DNA of 64,000 nucleotides from Bacteroides sp. (GTDB lineage: Bacteria > Bacteroidota > Bacteroidia > Bacteroidales > Muribaculaceae), in NCBI GenBank assembly GCA_014802385.1, contig JAAVCJ010000025.1:40159-104158 (forward strand). Direction: 5' to 3'. Below the pieces are notes generated by a model. It did no database searches, was not told the origin of the DNA, and saw only the letters and a list, made by a program, of their open reading frames with translations. Made by a program: the position numbers and the translations under genes. Position 1 is the first letter of the stretch, and the number at the start of each line of letters is the position of its first letter. Below, in pieces: positions 8,166 through 16,339 of this stretch.

Positions 8166-8659
8166 CCGACGATATTGAATACACCGTCACCACCCCCGAC
8201 GAGTCACCCCGTCAAGACCTCACCGTCCGAATCCTATCCCTCTCCGACGACGCCGTCATACCACGCCGTGCCACACCCGGCTCAGCCGCCTACGACGTCT
8301 TCGTCCCTCGCGACACCCGCGTACACCCCGGACGCCAGGCCATACCCCTCGACCTCGCCATCGAACTCCCCCCGGGCTACGAAGCCAAGATCGAACCACG
8401 CAGCGGCTACTCATCCCAAGGCTTCAACGGCCTCATCGCCGATACCACCTACCGCCTCGACGCCGACGTCCTCGTAGGCAAAATCGACTCTGACTACCGA
8501 GGCAACATCGCCGTCATCGTCCATAGCCGCGAACCCCGCCAATTCACCATCCGCGCCCACCAACGCATCGCCCAACTCACCATCTACCGATGCCACGCCG
8601 CCACATTCAATATCGTCACCTCCCTCACCCCCAGCCAACGAGGCCACAGCGGAGACTAA
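8162..8659 (+). CDS. dut: dUTP diphosphatase (trimeric dUTPase)
   Basis: The ATG at 8162 gives 165 aa with RATPGSAAYDV, RSGYS and GKIDSDYRGNIAVIV motifs. The 351-aa track ORF is an upstream extension with no protein-like sequence. Confidence 0.85.
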   Translation: MTDDIEYTVTTPDESPRQDLTVRILSLSDDAVIPRRATPGSAAYDVFVPRDTRVHPGRQAIPLDLAIELPPGYEAKIEPRSGYSSQGFNGLIADTTYRLDADVLVGKIDSDYRGNIAVIVHSREPRQFTIRAHQRIAQLTIYRCHAATFNIVTSLTPSQRGHSGD

Positions 8660-8679
8660 CCCCACTAAAACTAAACTAT

Positions 8680-8952
8680 ATGATAAAGCATCTATTACGT
8701 GAAACCACATTTATGTGCCTCATGCTTTTGTTAGGTACCCTCAACTGGATAACCGCCTACCTTAGCCCCAAATGGTGGCTTGCCGCCATCAGTATAGCCG
8801 CCTCATTATACTCATTTTACATAGCCTGGAGACTCTACCGCCGCGCCCGGCGCCTCGCCGGCCTCATCGACCAATATCTGCAATCCATCAACCGCCAGCT
8901 CGGCAATCACCTGACACTACTAAAAATCATAATCAATGGCAAAGAAAGCTAA
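8680..8952 (+). CDS. small membrane protein (2 predicted TM helices)
   Basis: ATG at 8680 within track ORF 8590-8952. Hydrophobic stretches FMCLMLLLGTLNWITAYL and WWLAAISIAASLYSFYIAW. Confidence 0.5.
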   Translation: MIKHLLRETTFMCLMLLLGTLNWITAYLSPKWWLAAISIAASLYSFYIAWRLYRRARRLAGLIDQYLQSINRQLGNHLTLLKIIINGKES

Positions 8953-9082
8953 AGTAAAAGTCAAACCCAAACCCAACTCCGGGAAATCCACCAACCGCGA
9001 ACTCATCGGGAAAACTAAAGTCCGCACAATCGCCCACATCCAATTCGATGCCAACGGCCAAAAACGCAAAAAAGGCTGGTAG
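8936..9082 (+). CDS. small basic protein (48 aa, Lys-rich)
   Basis: ATG at 8936, TAG at 9080-9082. Below the track cutoff; weak support. Confidence 0.35.
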   Translation: MAKKAKVKVKPKPNSGKSTNRELIGKTKVRTIAHIQFDANGQKRKKGW

Positions 9083-9122
9083 ACATCCATCACACCTGTT
9101 TTTCAAAAAATCATCAATCATC

Positions 9123-9512
9123 ATGGAAGAATACCTGTTTCGCATCGTCCGCTCCGTCACCCTCACCGTCAAACACTTCCCATTCTACTACGCCGCCGGA
9201 CTGCTGATCTTCTGGTTTCTCGCCCCCGCACTCAGCGCCACGACAGTCATCATGCTCGACAGCCTCATAGTGCTCTCAGCCCTAATGACACTGTTTCTTA
9301 TCCGCTTGTCCTACTGCGTCCGACTGTGCATCTGGCACCGCCTACAATGCACCCTGCCACTCCTGCCCCAGCTCTCAGCCCACATCGACAGCCATATATG
9401 GAGCTTCGGCACCTACACCGCCACAGCCAACACCGCCCTTATGATTCTCATCTTCACCCTCTCCCTAATCAACGCATATAAAGTATTTATTAAACCAACA
9501 GTAAGGAAATGA
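9123..9512 (+). CDS. multi-pass membrane protein
   Basis: ATG at 9123 in track ORF 9048-9512. Several long hydrophobic segments. Confidence 0.5.
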   Translation: MEEYLFRIVRSVTLTVKHFPFYYAAGLLIFWFLAPALSATTVIMLDSLIVLSALMTLFLIRLSYCVRLCIWHRLQCTLPLLPQLSAHIDSHIWSFGTYTATANTALMILIFTLSLINAYKVFIKPTVRK

Positions 9513-9513
9513 T

Positions 9514-10266
9514 ATGGAGAAGATAGAACTTTTTAATGATAATTACCAAAATTGGAAGTCATATCAAATCCCCAAAGCGCAGCTAATCATAGCCGATGTG
9601 CCCTATAACCTCGGAGTTAATGCTTACGCTTCTAACCCCTCATGGTACATAGGGGGTGACAATAAAAACGGCGAAAGCGAGTTGGCAGGTAAGCAATTCT
9701 TTGACACCGACAAAGACTTCCGCCCCGCCGAGTTTATGCACTTCTGCTCCAGAATGCTCATCAAAGAGCCAAAAGAAGTAGGCAAATCACCTTGCATGAT
9801 AATCTTTTGCGCTTTCGACCAGCAGATGTACTTCATCGAGCTCGGCAAGCGATACGGCTTCAACCACTACATCAACCTCGTGTTCCGTAAAAACTACTCC
9901 CCACAGGTATTGAAAGCCAACATGAAAATAGTAGGCAACTGCGAGTACGGCATACTGCTTTACCGTGACAAACTACCCAAATTCAACAACGACGGACACA
10001 TGATATTCAACTGCATCGACTATCCACGCGACACCACAACCCCAAAGATACACCCCACCCAGAAGAGCCTGCCACTCCTTGAATCACTCATCCGACTGTT
10101 CACCGATCCCGGCGATGTTGTCATCGACCCATGCGCCGGCAGCGGCACAACACTGCTCGCCGCCAAGAACCTCCACCGCCGGGCCTACGGATTTGAAATC
10201 AAAAAAGAATTTTTCACCAAAGCCCAGGGCCTCATAGCCACCTGCGCATCACCAGTATTATTCTAA
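9514..10266 (+). CDS. DNA methyltransferase, beta-class N6-adenine/N4-cytosine type
   Basis: A catalytic DPPY-like motif (IADVPYNLG) lies near the N-terminus. The AdoMet motif VIDPCAGSGTTLLAA lies near the C-terminus, which is the beta-class order. Confidence 0.85.
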   Translation: MEKIELFNDNYQNWKSYQIPKAQLIIADVPYNLGVNAYASNPSWYIGGDNKNGESELAGKQFFDTDKDFRPAEFMHFCSRMLIKEPKEVGKSPCMIIFCAFDQQMYFIELGKRYGFNHYINLVFRKNYSPQVLKANMKIVGNCEYGILLYRDKLPKFNNDGHMIFNCIDYPRDTTTPKIHPTQKSLPLLESLIRLFTDPGDVVIDPCAGSGTTLLAAKNLHRRAYGFEIKKEFFTKAQGLIATCASPVLF

Positions 10267-10280
10267 CAACCTAAACCACA

Positions 10281-10397
10281 ATGAACGAAACAAAAAACAA
10301 CTTCAACAAGAAAGTGCAGATGCACCTCGCCTGCAAAAAGGGCGACGAAAATCGCAAAGAGCTCGAGTGTATCTATTACCCCACTAAAATTAATTAA
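10281..10397 (+). CDS. very small hypothetical protein (38 aa)
   Basis: ATG at 10281, TAA at 10395-10397, immediately before the NAMPT-like start. Weak support. Confidence 0.25.
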   Translation: MNETKNNFNKKVQMHLACKKGDENRKELECIYYPTKIN

Positions 10398-10398
10398 T

Positions 10399-11898
10399 AT
10401 GAACAACGCAATTTTACTTACCGATGGCTACAAATTAGACCATCGTCGTCAGTACCCACAAGGCACTGAGTATGTTTACTCAAACTGGACTCCGCGCAGC
10501 AACGCCTACTTCCCACAGGCCACAGACGGCGCGGTAGTGTTCGGTCTTCAGTATTTTATCAAGAAGTACCTTATCGAAAAGTTCAACAAAGACTTCTTCA
10601 ACCTTCCCGAAGATGAAGCCGTGGCAAACTTCAAACGCCGCATAGACACATTCCTCGGCGAGAACCAGGTTGGCACCGAACACATCCGCGCACTCCACCG
10701 GCTCGGCTATCTGCCCGTCCGCATCAAGTCGCTGCCCGAAGGCTCAATATGCCCCATCCGCGTGCCAATGCACACCGTCATCAACACCCTACCCGAGTTC
10801 TTTTGGCTGACAAACTTCCTTGAAACACTTATGTCATGCGAATTGTGGCTGCCTACCACATCTGCAACCACCGCACGAGTCTACCGTAAGGAACTCGAAC
10901 GACATGCCGAGAAAACAGGATTCGCCCCCGACGTTATGCTCGGCTTCCTTTGCCACGACTTCTCAATGCGCGGCATGGCCGGACTCGAAGCCTCAATCAC
11001 AAGCGGCATGGGACACCTCTCATCTTTTGTCGGTAGCGAGACCTTGCCCGCTATCGATGCCGTTGAGCAATACTACAACGCCGATGCCGAAAAAGAACTT
11101 ATCGCCATGACAGTCCCGGCTTCAGAACACAGCGTTATGTGCGCCGGAGGCAAGGATGATGAATTTGAGACATTCAAGCGCTTCATCACCCAACTTTATC
11201 CCAAAGGTTTTGTAAGCATAGTGTCCGACACATGGGACTTGTGGCAAGTGATAACTGACTTTGTACCGCGTCTCAAAAATGAAATCCTCGCCCGCGACGG
11301 TCGCCTTGTAATCCGTCCCGACAGCGGCGACCCTGTACACATCATTTGCGGCTATACTCATGACGACTTCGAGAACTTCCAGGAAGAAGCCATGACAAGT
11401 ACATCCGAGCAGAAAGGCGTTTATGAACTCCTTTGGGATATTTTCGGCGGCACTATCAACGAGAAAGGCTACAAAGTGCTTGACCCGCACATCGGCGTCA
11501 TCTATGGCGACAGCATCACCCTTGAACGCCAGAAAGAAATCTACCGCCGCCTTGAAGAAAAAGGCTTTGCCGCCACCAACCTTGTACTCGGCATCGGTTC
11601 ATACACCTATCAGTACCGCACACGCGACTCACTCGGCTTCGCCATGAAAGCCACATGGTGTCAGGTCAACGGCGAGCCCCGCGAAATATTCAAGTCACCA
11701 AAAACCGACACCGGCATGAAAAAATCGCTCAAAGGTCTTATCCGTGTTGATACGGACGAGAACGGCGTTTACTACGCCACCGATTGTGTCAGCAAAGAAC
11801 AGGAAGCCGGTGGCTGTCTTGAAACAATCTTTGAAAACGGCAAACTGGTAAAAGAAACATCACTCAAAGAAATCCGCCACCGACTATGCAAGCAATAG
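10399..11898 (+). CDS. nicotinamide phosphoribosyltransferase family protein (NAMPT/NadV-like; candidate Namat of a NARP1-type pathway)
   Basis: 499 aa. The N-terminal NAILLTDGYKLDHRRQYP, HDFSMRGM, and SDTWDLW..IRPDSGDP motifs are characteristic of NAMPT. Confidence 0.9.
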   Translation: MNNAILLTDGYKLDHRRQYPQGTEYVYSNWTPRSNAYFPQATDGAVVFGLQYFIKKYLIEKFNKDFFNLPEDEAVANFKRRIDTFLGENQVGTEHIRALHRLGYLPVRIKSLPEGSICPIRVPMHTVINTLPEFFWLTNFLETLMSCELWLPTTSATTARVYRKELERHAEKTGFAPDVMLGFLCHDFSMRGMAGLEASITSGMGHLSSFVGSETLPAIDAVEQYYNADAEKELIAMTVPASEHSVMCAGGKDDEFETFKRFITQLYPKGFVSIVSDTWDLWQVITDFVPRLKNEILARDGRLVIRPDSGDPVHIICGYTHDDFENFQEEAMTSTSEQKGVYELLWDIFGGTINEKGYKVLDPHIGVIYGDSITLERQKEIYRRLEEKGFAATNLVLGIGSYTYQYRTRDSLGFAMKATWCQVNGEPREIFKSPKTDTGMKKSLKGLIRVDTDENGVYYATDCVSKEQEAGGCLETIFENGKLVKETSLKEIRHRLCKQ

Positions 11899-12689
11899 AC
11901 CTTACCCAACCCGGCGACAACTACAAAGTGATTACTTTCCCCGATGGGGAAATCCATCTTGAACTCTCCGGGATCAACCGCAAAGAACCCATAGCCGTAA
12001 GATGTCGTATAACTAATGCGGCTGACCTTTTCATTCTAATGCAGTTGGCTGACATTATAAAGAGGCAATGCCTTGAAGTAGCAATACTGGAGATATACTA
12101 CCTCATGGGTATGCGTTGCGACAGGCTATTTGACATCAACCGACCCTTTACACTCGGCATTGTGGCAGATGTTGTCAACTCCCTTAACGCCCGCGAAGTT
12201 TGCATTTACGAGCCACACTCAGCTAAATCGTCAAGGCTGATAAAAAACAGTGCTGATATATTTATCACCACCTATTTGGCTCAAAAAAAGCCATTCGCTG
12301 AACGCCCCGAGTGGTTGTTTGTAGCGCCCGACAAAGGCGCAGCAGAGCGCTACCGCGGCACAAAGTTCGCTGTTGTTTGCGAGAAAGTAAGAGACGAGGC
12401 CACCGGCAAGTTATTGTCGTTTAAAGCAACGCCCAATGAAGAAGTGACTGGACGCGATCTGCTCGTTATCGACGACCTGTGCGACGGCGGCGGTACATTT
12501 GTCGGACTCGCGCCTAAACTTCGGGAACTTCAACCCCAAAGCCTATCTCTTCTCGTCACCCATGCCGTTCAACGCGCGGGAATTGAGAAAGTGGCTAAAG
12601 CCTACGACAAGGTGTATATAACCAGCACTTATAAAAATTGGGAAGACGAGGAACTACCCGATAATGTAGAAGTATTCTCATTCCATTAA
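11886..12689 (+). CDS. ribose-phosphate pyrophosphokinase (PRPP synthetase)-like protein, short and divergent (candidate Adps of a NARP1-type pathway)
   Basis: 267 aa with Prs-like FPDGEIHLEL, YYLMGMRCDR, APDKGAAERY and the PRPP-loop LLVIDDLCDGGGTF. It overlaps the NAMPT-like gene by 13 nt. Confidence 0.8.
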   Translation: MQAIDLTQPGDNYKVITFPDGEIHLELSGINRKEPIAVRCRITNAADLFILMQLADIIKRQCLEVAILEIYYLMGMRCDRLFDINRPFTLGIVADVVNSLNAREVCIYEPHSAKSSRLIKNSADIFITTYLAQKKPFAERPEWLFVAPDKGAAERYRGTKFAVVCEKVRDEATGKLLSFKATPNEEVTGRDLLVIDDLCDGGGTFVGLAPKLRELQPQSLSLLVTHAVQRAGIEKVAKAYDKVYITSTYKNWEDEELPDNVEVFSFH

Positions 12690-12695
12690 CCCCAC

Positions 12696-12731
12696 GCTCC
12701 ACTGCTCCGGCGGTGGAGCTAATATTTTTTT
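12696..12731 (+). terminator. intrinsic terminator after the NAMPT/Prs pair
   Basis: GCTCCAC-N10-GTGGAGC stem followed by TAATATTTTTTT. Confidence 0.7.
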
Positions 12732-12851
12732 ACAATGAACATCTGCACCTACCACTTCGGCGGCCTATGCTGCCACCCCACAAGTCCCGGACACCACTGC
12801 ACCGGCATCAACCCCAACTGCATATATTACCTAACCAAGAAAAACTAAGAA

Positions 12852-13937
12852 ATGAATACCCCACAACAAGACCTCGCATGGTCTATCTTACCAAAGGGTG
12901 TGAGAGACGGAATGAGGTATGAATATCGTAAGACTTTGTACCATCAAGTGAGAGATGTATTAGACTACTTCTTCGGTCGCCACAATTTCACCTCAGACAC
13001 TGAGCCTGAGGAGATGCTGATGGTGGAGAGAAGCGAAATAATACAAAATTACACCAATTCTTTAGAAAGATCTAAAGAATCCAATAACCCAATAGAAACT
13101 TATTCTGAGGGATATTATGATGGCCAAACGGCAATTCTCGAAGAGCTTTTCGGCGACAAGTGCCTGCCCGACAAAGAAGAGCCTAAGCCTAAGTTCAAGT
13201 ATAATATTGGGGATTTAGTAACTTATAGGGGTAAAGTAAAGAAAGTTATTTGTAAAGAGAGGGATTGTAAGGACAATGCAATATACACTTGTAGTACGAT
13301 TAACGGACAATCACCTTTGGTTTTTAATGAAATAGACCTTGAACCCTACACCGAACAAAATAAAGACAATATGATAACAACCGAAAATGGCGATTTGCCA
13401 AACAGCAAAGAATTAGACATAAAGGTCATTAATGAAGAACCGAACCTTTGCGAACTTTTGAAGGGTTGCAAGGGAGAGGAGTTTTATAGCCTAAGTCATG
13501 GCGAAGTAATTCTTGATAATATTAGAACAAATCCTTGTAGAGGCATATCGGAATTTCTTGTCTTATATTCAAAACACTATGATAGTGGGTCGATATTTAT
13601 CAATCCAAATGGCAAAACTGTAAATTATGGAAGTATTCTTCTCTATCCCTCCCGCGCCCTCTACGAGAAATATCCGCTTGATGCCTATTCAGCATGGATG
13701 GAGTGGAAAGAGGCAAAGAAGCAAAAACGGTGGAGAGCAGAGGTAGGAGAATTTTATTGGCGTATTATTTTCGATGAAAGTTACGATAATTGTATTACAG
13801 AGTCTTGTGATGGTCGCGACACTATTGACAATGCTAACTATAAACTTGGCAACTACTTCCCTACCAAAAGAACTCGCCGCCCAAGCCGCCCAATTAGTCA
13901 AAGACGTCCTACACAACTTTCACCAAAAACATCTTGA
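12852..13937 (+). CDS. hypothetical protein (AT-rich, probably acquired cargo gene)
   Basis: 361-aa ORF whose central part is visibly AT-richer than its neighbours. The C-terminal 25 aa are Arg/Pro-rich, and an alternative frame reads more protein-like (see findings). Confidence 0.6.
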   Translation: MNTPQQDLAWSILPKGVRDGMRYEYRKTLYHQVRDVLDYFFGRHNFTSDTEPEEMLMVERSEIIQNYTNSLERSKESNNPIETYSEGYYDGQTAILEELFGDKCLPDKEEPKPKFKYNIGDLVTYRGKVKKVICKERDCKDNAIYTCSTINGQSPLVFNEIDLEPYTEQNKDNMITTENGDLPNSKELDIKVINEEPNLCELLKGCKGEEFYSLSHGEVILDNIRTNPCRGISEFLVLYSKHYDSGSIFINPNGKTVNYGSILLYPSRALYEKYPLDAYSAWMEWKEAKKQKRWRAEVGEFYWRIIFDESYDNCITESCDGRDTIDNANYKLGNYFPTKRTRRPSRPISQRRPTQLSPKTS

Positions 13938-14033
13938 CGCCGATACATAAAACCCTGACGCCTCATATCAGACACCGTGATACCGAAACACGTCACAAAC
14001 GCCCGGTACAGCTTGCATTCGATACACTCCTTC

Positions 14034-14059
14034 GAGGGGAGATTCCTCAGTCTCCCCTC
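14034..14059. terminator. hairpin between convergent gene blocks (bidirectional terminator candidate)
   Basis: GAGGGGAGA-TTCCTCAG-TCTCCCCTC, a 9-bp perfect stem followed by ATCTCGTTTTCTT on the plus strand. Confidence 0.6.
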
Positions 14060-14091
14060 ATCTCGTTTTCTTGTTGTCATAGTCGGCATAC

Positions 14092-14592
14092 TCAATCCTC
14101 ATGCTTACATGATAGATACTCCCATATTTTGGTAGGCGAGTAGCCTGACTTGTTATTTTCGTCCCAATCCACATCTTTGAAATAGAACGCATAGGCAGTT
14201 TTGATTATATGCTCATCATCAAGCACACCGCATAAGTCCGAGTGTGTGGCACATAAAGCCACCCACCAATCCCACTTTGTTACGCTGGCAGGGAATTGCA
14301 GCGTTTTCATTACACCTTCCGCTTGCTCCACCGACCAATGCGGTTCATGGCGCGTCTTACCCTCTTTGTCGGTGTAGCTCATTTGCGATACATCGTACAT
14401 CGCAAAATCTTCGTGGTAGTGGTTTCCAAAGAGGATGCCGTGCTGCTCGCGAATGAAATCCCAGAACATCTGGGGATGCTCCCTCTTTATATCGGCAAGC
14501 AAATTTGCCATACTGCAAACTGAACGCCACATGGTCTTTTCGTTCCAAGTGCCGGCGTTCTTTGCATATTCTACAAGTTCTTTGAAGTTCAT
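14092..14592 (-). CDS. hypothetical protein
   Basis: 166-aa ORF, the last gene of the minus-strand late block. Confidence 0.6.
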   Translation of the reverse strand: MNFKELVEYAKNAGTWNEKTMWRSVCSMANLLADIKREHPQMFWDFIREQHGILFGNHYHEDFAMYDVSQMSYTDKEGKTRHEPHWSVEQAEGVMKTLQFPASVTKWDWWVALCATHSDLCGVLDDEHIIKTAYAFYFKDVDWDENNKSGYSPTKIWEYLSCKHED

Positions 14593-14659
14593 ATCTTAAC
14601 AATTATTGCACGTCTTCGGGAATCTCGGGATAGGCTTGTAGTCGCCTCTCTGACCTATC

Positions 14660-14977
14660 TTAATCGCCGTCGCCGTTTGTTTCGTTTCTATTTTGGTTTG
14701 CTGTTTCTTTGCCATATAGCCATGTGTATAATCGGTTAAACATCATCAGCACAATGCCGACAAAGTTACTTAGATAAGCCACAAGAATGGATAGCGACAC
14801 CGCCACAACTATCTCCGTGCCGTTGTAGAGTAACGCCGCCAATGCGCCCCAAAAACTGAGGCAAGTCGGGCATTTCAGTATCTTTCCCGATACTTCGGCG
14901 ATAGCATCGCCCAGTCCGAGATTGACTATCAGCACAGCCGAAAGCATTGCAAGTATCGCTATCCAAACCGCTTCCAT
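14660..14977 (-). CDS. membrane protein (3 TM segments; holin-like in size)
   Basis: ATG at 14977 directly after the upstream TAA. Hydrophobic segments AVWIAILAMLSAVLIV, LSFWGALAALLY and VAVSLSILVAYLSNFVGIVLMMF. Confidence 0.55.
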   Translation of the reverse strand: MEAVWIAILAMLSAVLIVNLGLGDAIAEVSGKILKCPTCLSFWGALAALLYNGTEIVVAVSLSILVAYLSNFVGIVLMMFNRLYTWLYGKETANQNRNETNGDGD

Positions 14978-14978
14978 T

Positions 14979-15416
14979 TTAAGCAACCGTAAGCGTCAGG
15001 AAGTTGTCACTGATAAACGTGCGTCCGCACATCTGACAGTTAGAAGTCTGCACTGCGTTTGCGGTAGTCCCCTTTTCAATAGTTACTGCCGTGGGAGCGG
15101 TAGCCGAAGTTACGGGGATTGAGAACGTAGCGTTGAGAGGCTGAGACATAGTGCCACAGCAGCCGCAACCACACTTAACATAGTTGATTGCACCCTCAAC
15201 CTGAACGTCTACCATATACTGAGTGCCGCCTACATTGGTAGTCCTCAATACGGTAAATGTCGGCTGAAACACAGGCACATTCTCCGAACATACCTTAGCG
15301 CACAGACGCTGATTGATTGTCACCTGAAGCTGAAACGGACTCGCCGTGCTTCCCAGTGACGGCGTAACGCTGATAATCGGGGCAGCGATACGATTGTTTT
15401 GATTACAATTACACAT
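14979..15416 (-). CDS. Cys-rich hypothetical protein (MCNCN..., KCGCGCCG, CQMCG)
   Basis: 145-aa ORF. The Thr/Val/Ser-rich sequence looks beta-rich. Possibly a virion component. Confidence 0.55.
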   Translation of the reverse strand: MCNCNQNNRIAAPIISVTPSLGSTASPFQLQVTINQRLCAKVCSENVPVFQPTFTVLRTTNVGGTQYMVDVQVEGAINYVKCGCGCCGTMSQPLNATFSIPVTSATAPTAVTIEKGTTANAVQTSNCQMCGRTFISDNFLTLTVA

Positions 15417-15446
15417 AACACAAAAATTTTTACTGTTCCCTACTGA

Positions 15447-15653
15447 CTATTTTTCTTCTTTTTCCGCGCCGGGAACGTCAGGCTCGGAAATGGGCTGCGG
15501 CGGATAGAGCGCCGCGTGTATCTCGTCGACCTTTTGAAAAAGCACCGCTATGTCTTTTGAAAGATCTATGATATTTTCATTCACAGTCTGCAAGCCAAAG
15601 GCCAGCTGTTCAAAAATTGTTTTCGGTTGCGGTTGCTTGGTATTGTCTGCCAT
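15447..15653 (-). CDS. small hypothetical protein
   Basis: 68-aa ORF in the operon. Confidence 0.5.
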   Translation of the reverse strand: MADNTKQPQPKTIFEQLAFGLQTVNENIIDLSKDIAVLFQKVDEIHAALYPPQPISEPDVPGAEKEEK

Positions 15654-15657
15654 GATT

Positions 15658-15846
15658 TTATTTTAAAAAGTTGGTTACAAAAAAGTTATCTTTATACTTT
15701 CTGAGAGCCTCGGCAATCTTTGCCGCTCTTACAGCCACCCCCTGCTCCCTTTTGGCGTTCACGAAGTCATATAAAGCCCTCTCAAGCTCCTTAGCCTCCC
15801 CCTCGTATTCGCAGTAAGCGTAAAAAGTTATCGGTAACGGTTGCAT
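15658..15846 (-). CDS. small hypothetical protein
   Basis: 62-aa ORF whose start abuts the 21-bp tandem repeat. Confidence 0.5.
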   Translation of the reverse strand: MQPLPITFYAYCEYEGEAKELERALYDFVNAKREQGVAVRAAKIAEALRKYKDNFFVTNFLK

Positions 15847-15909
15847 AATGTTGACAGCTTATGGTTTAATGTTGACAGCTTATGGTTTAATGTTGACAGC
15901 TTATGGTGT
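15847..15909. repeat. three tandem 21-bp direct repeats AATGTTGACAGCTTATGGTTT (third copy ends ..GGTGT)
   Basis: Read directly: 15847-15867, 15868-15888, 15889-15909. They fill the intergenic space between two minus-strand genes. Confidence 0.9.
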
Positions 15910-16269
15910 TTATGGTGCAGTTGGAAGCGGCGGAATCTCAACGGGCGGTGCCCCGGCGGCAGGCGGCATCGGCATTGCGATAGGCTGACCGCCGCGTAAC
16001 GTTTGCACGAAATTCCACGCTTGCATCAGATCATTTTGATTCTCCTTGACCCATCCGAATATTCCCCCGAACGTCTGCTGAGCCTGCTGCATCAGCGTCG
16101 GTTTCGGCAACGGGTATTCAGGCATCGACTCCATCCCCTCCGAGAGATAGTCATACAACTCCCTCGCCTTTTTCACATCCCCCTTGGCCTGTTCAAGACA
16201 AGTCATGCGCAAAGCCATCTTTGAACTCGGGTCAATCATTCTCAGGTCAATTTTCTTTCTGAATAGCAT
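15910..16269 (-). CDS. hypothetical protein with Pro-rich C-terminus
   Basis: 119-aa ORF. Confidence 0.55.
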   Translation of the reverse strand: MLFRKKIDLRMIDPSSKMALRMTCLEQAKGDVKKARELYDYLSEGMESMPEYPLPKPTLMQQAQQTFGGIFGWVKENQNDLMQAWNFVQTLRGGQPIAMPMPPAAGAPPVEIPPLPTAP

Positions 16270-16339
16270 ACGGTTGATTATGGAAAGAGAGATTTGCCCG
16301 CCCCTTGTTCAGCAAGGCGAGCAAATCCCATAGTGGCGA

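Noticed and set aside
12713-12922. 69-aa ORF between the Prs-like gene and the 361-aa gene
   Set aside because: It starts inside the terminator hairpin, has a Pro/His/Leu-rich composition, and overlaps the start of the better-supported ORF at 12852.
15847-15909. Possible CRISPR array
   Set aside because: There are only three directly abutting 21-bp copies with no spacers, and no cas genes in the window.
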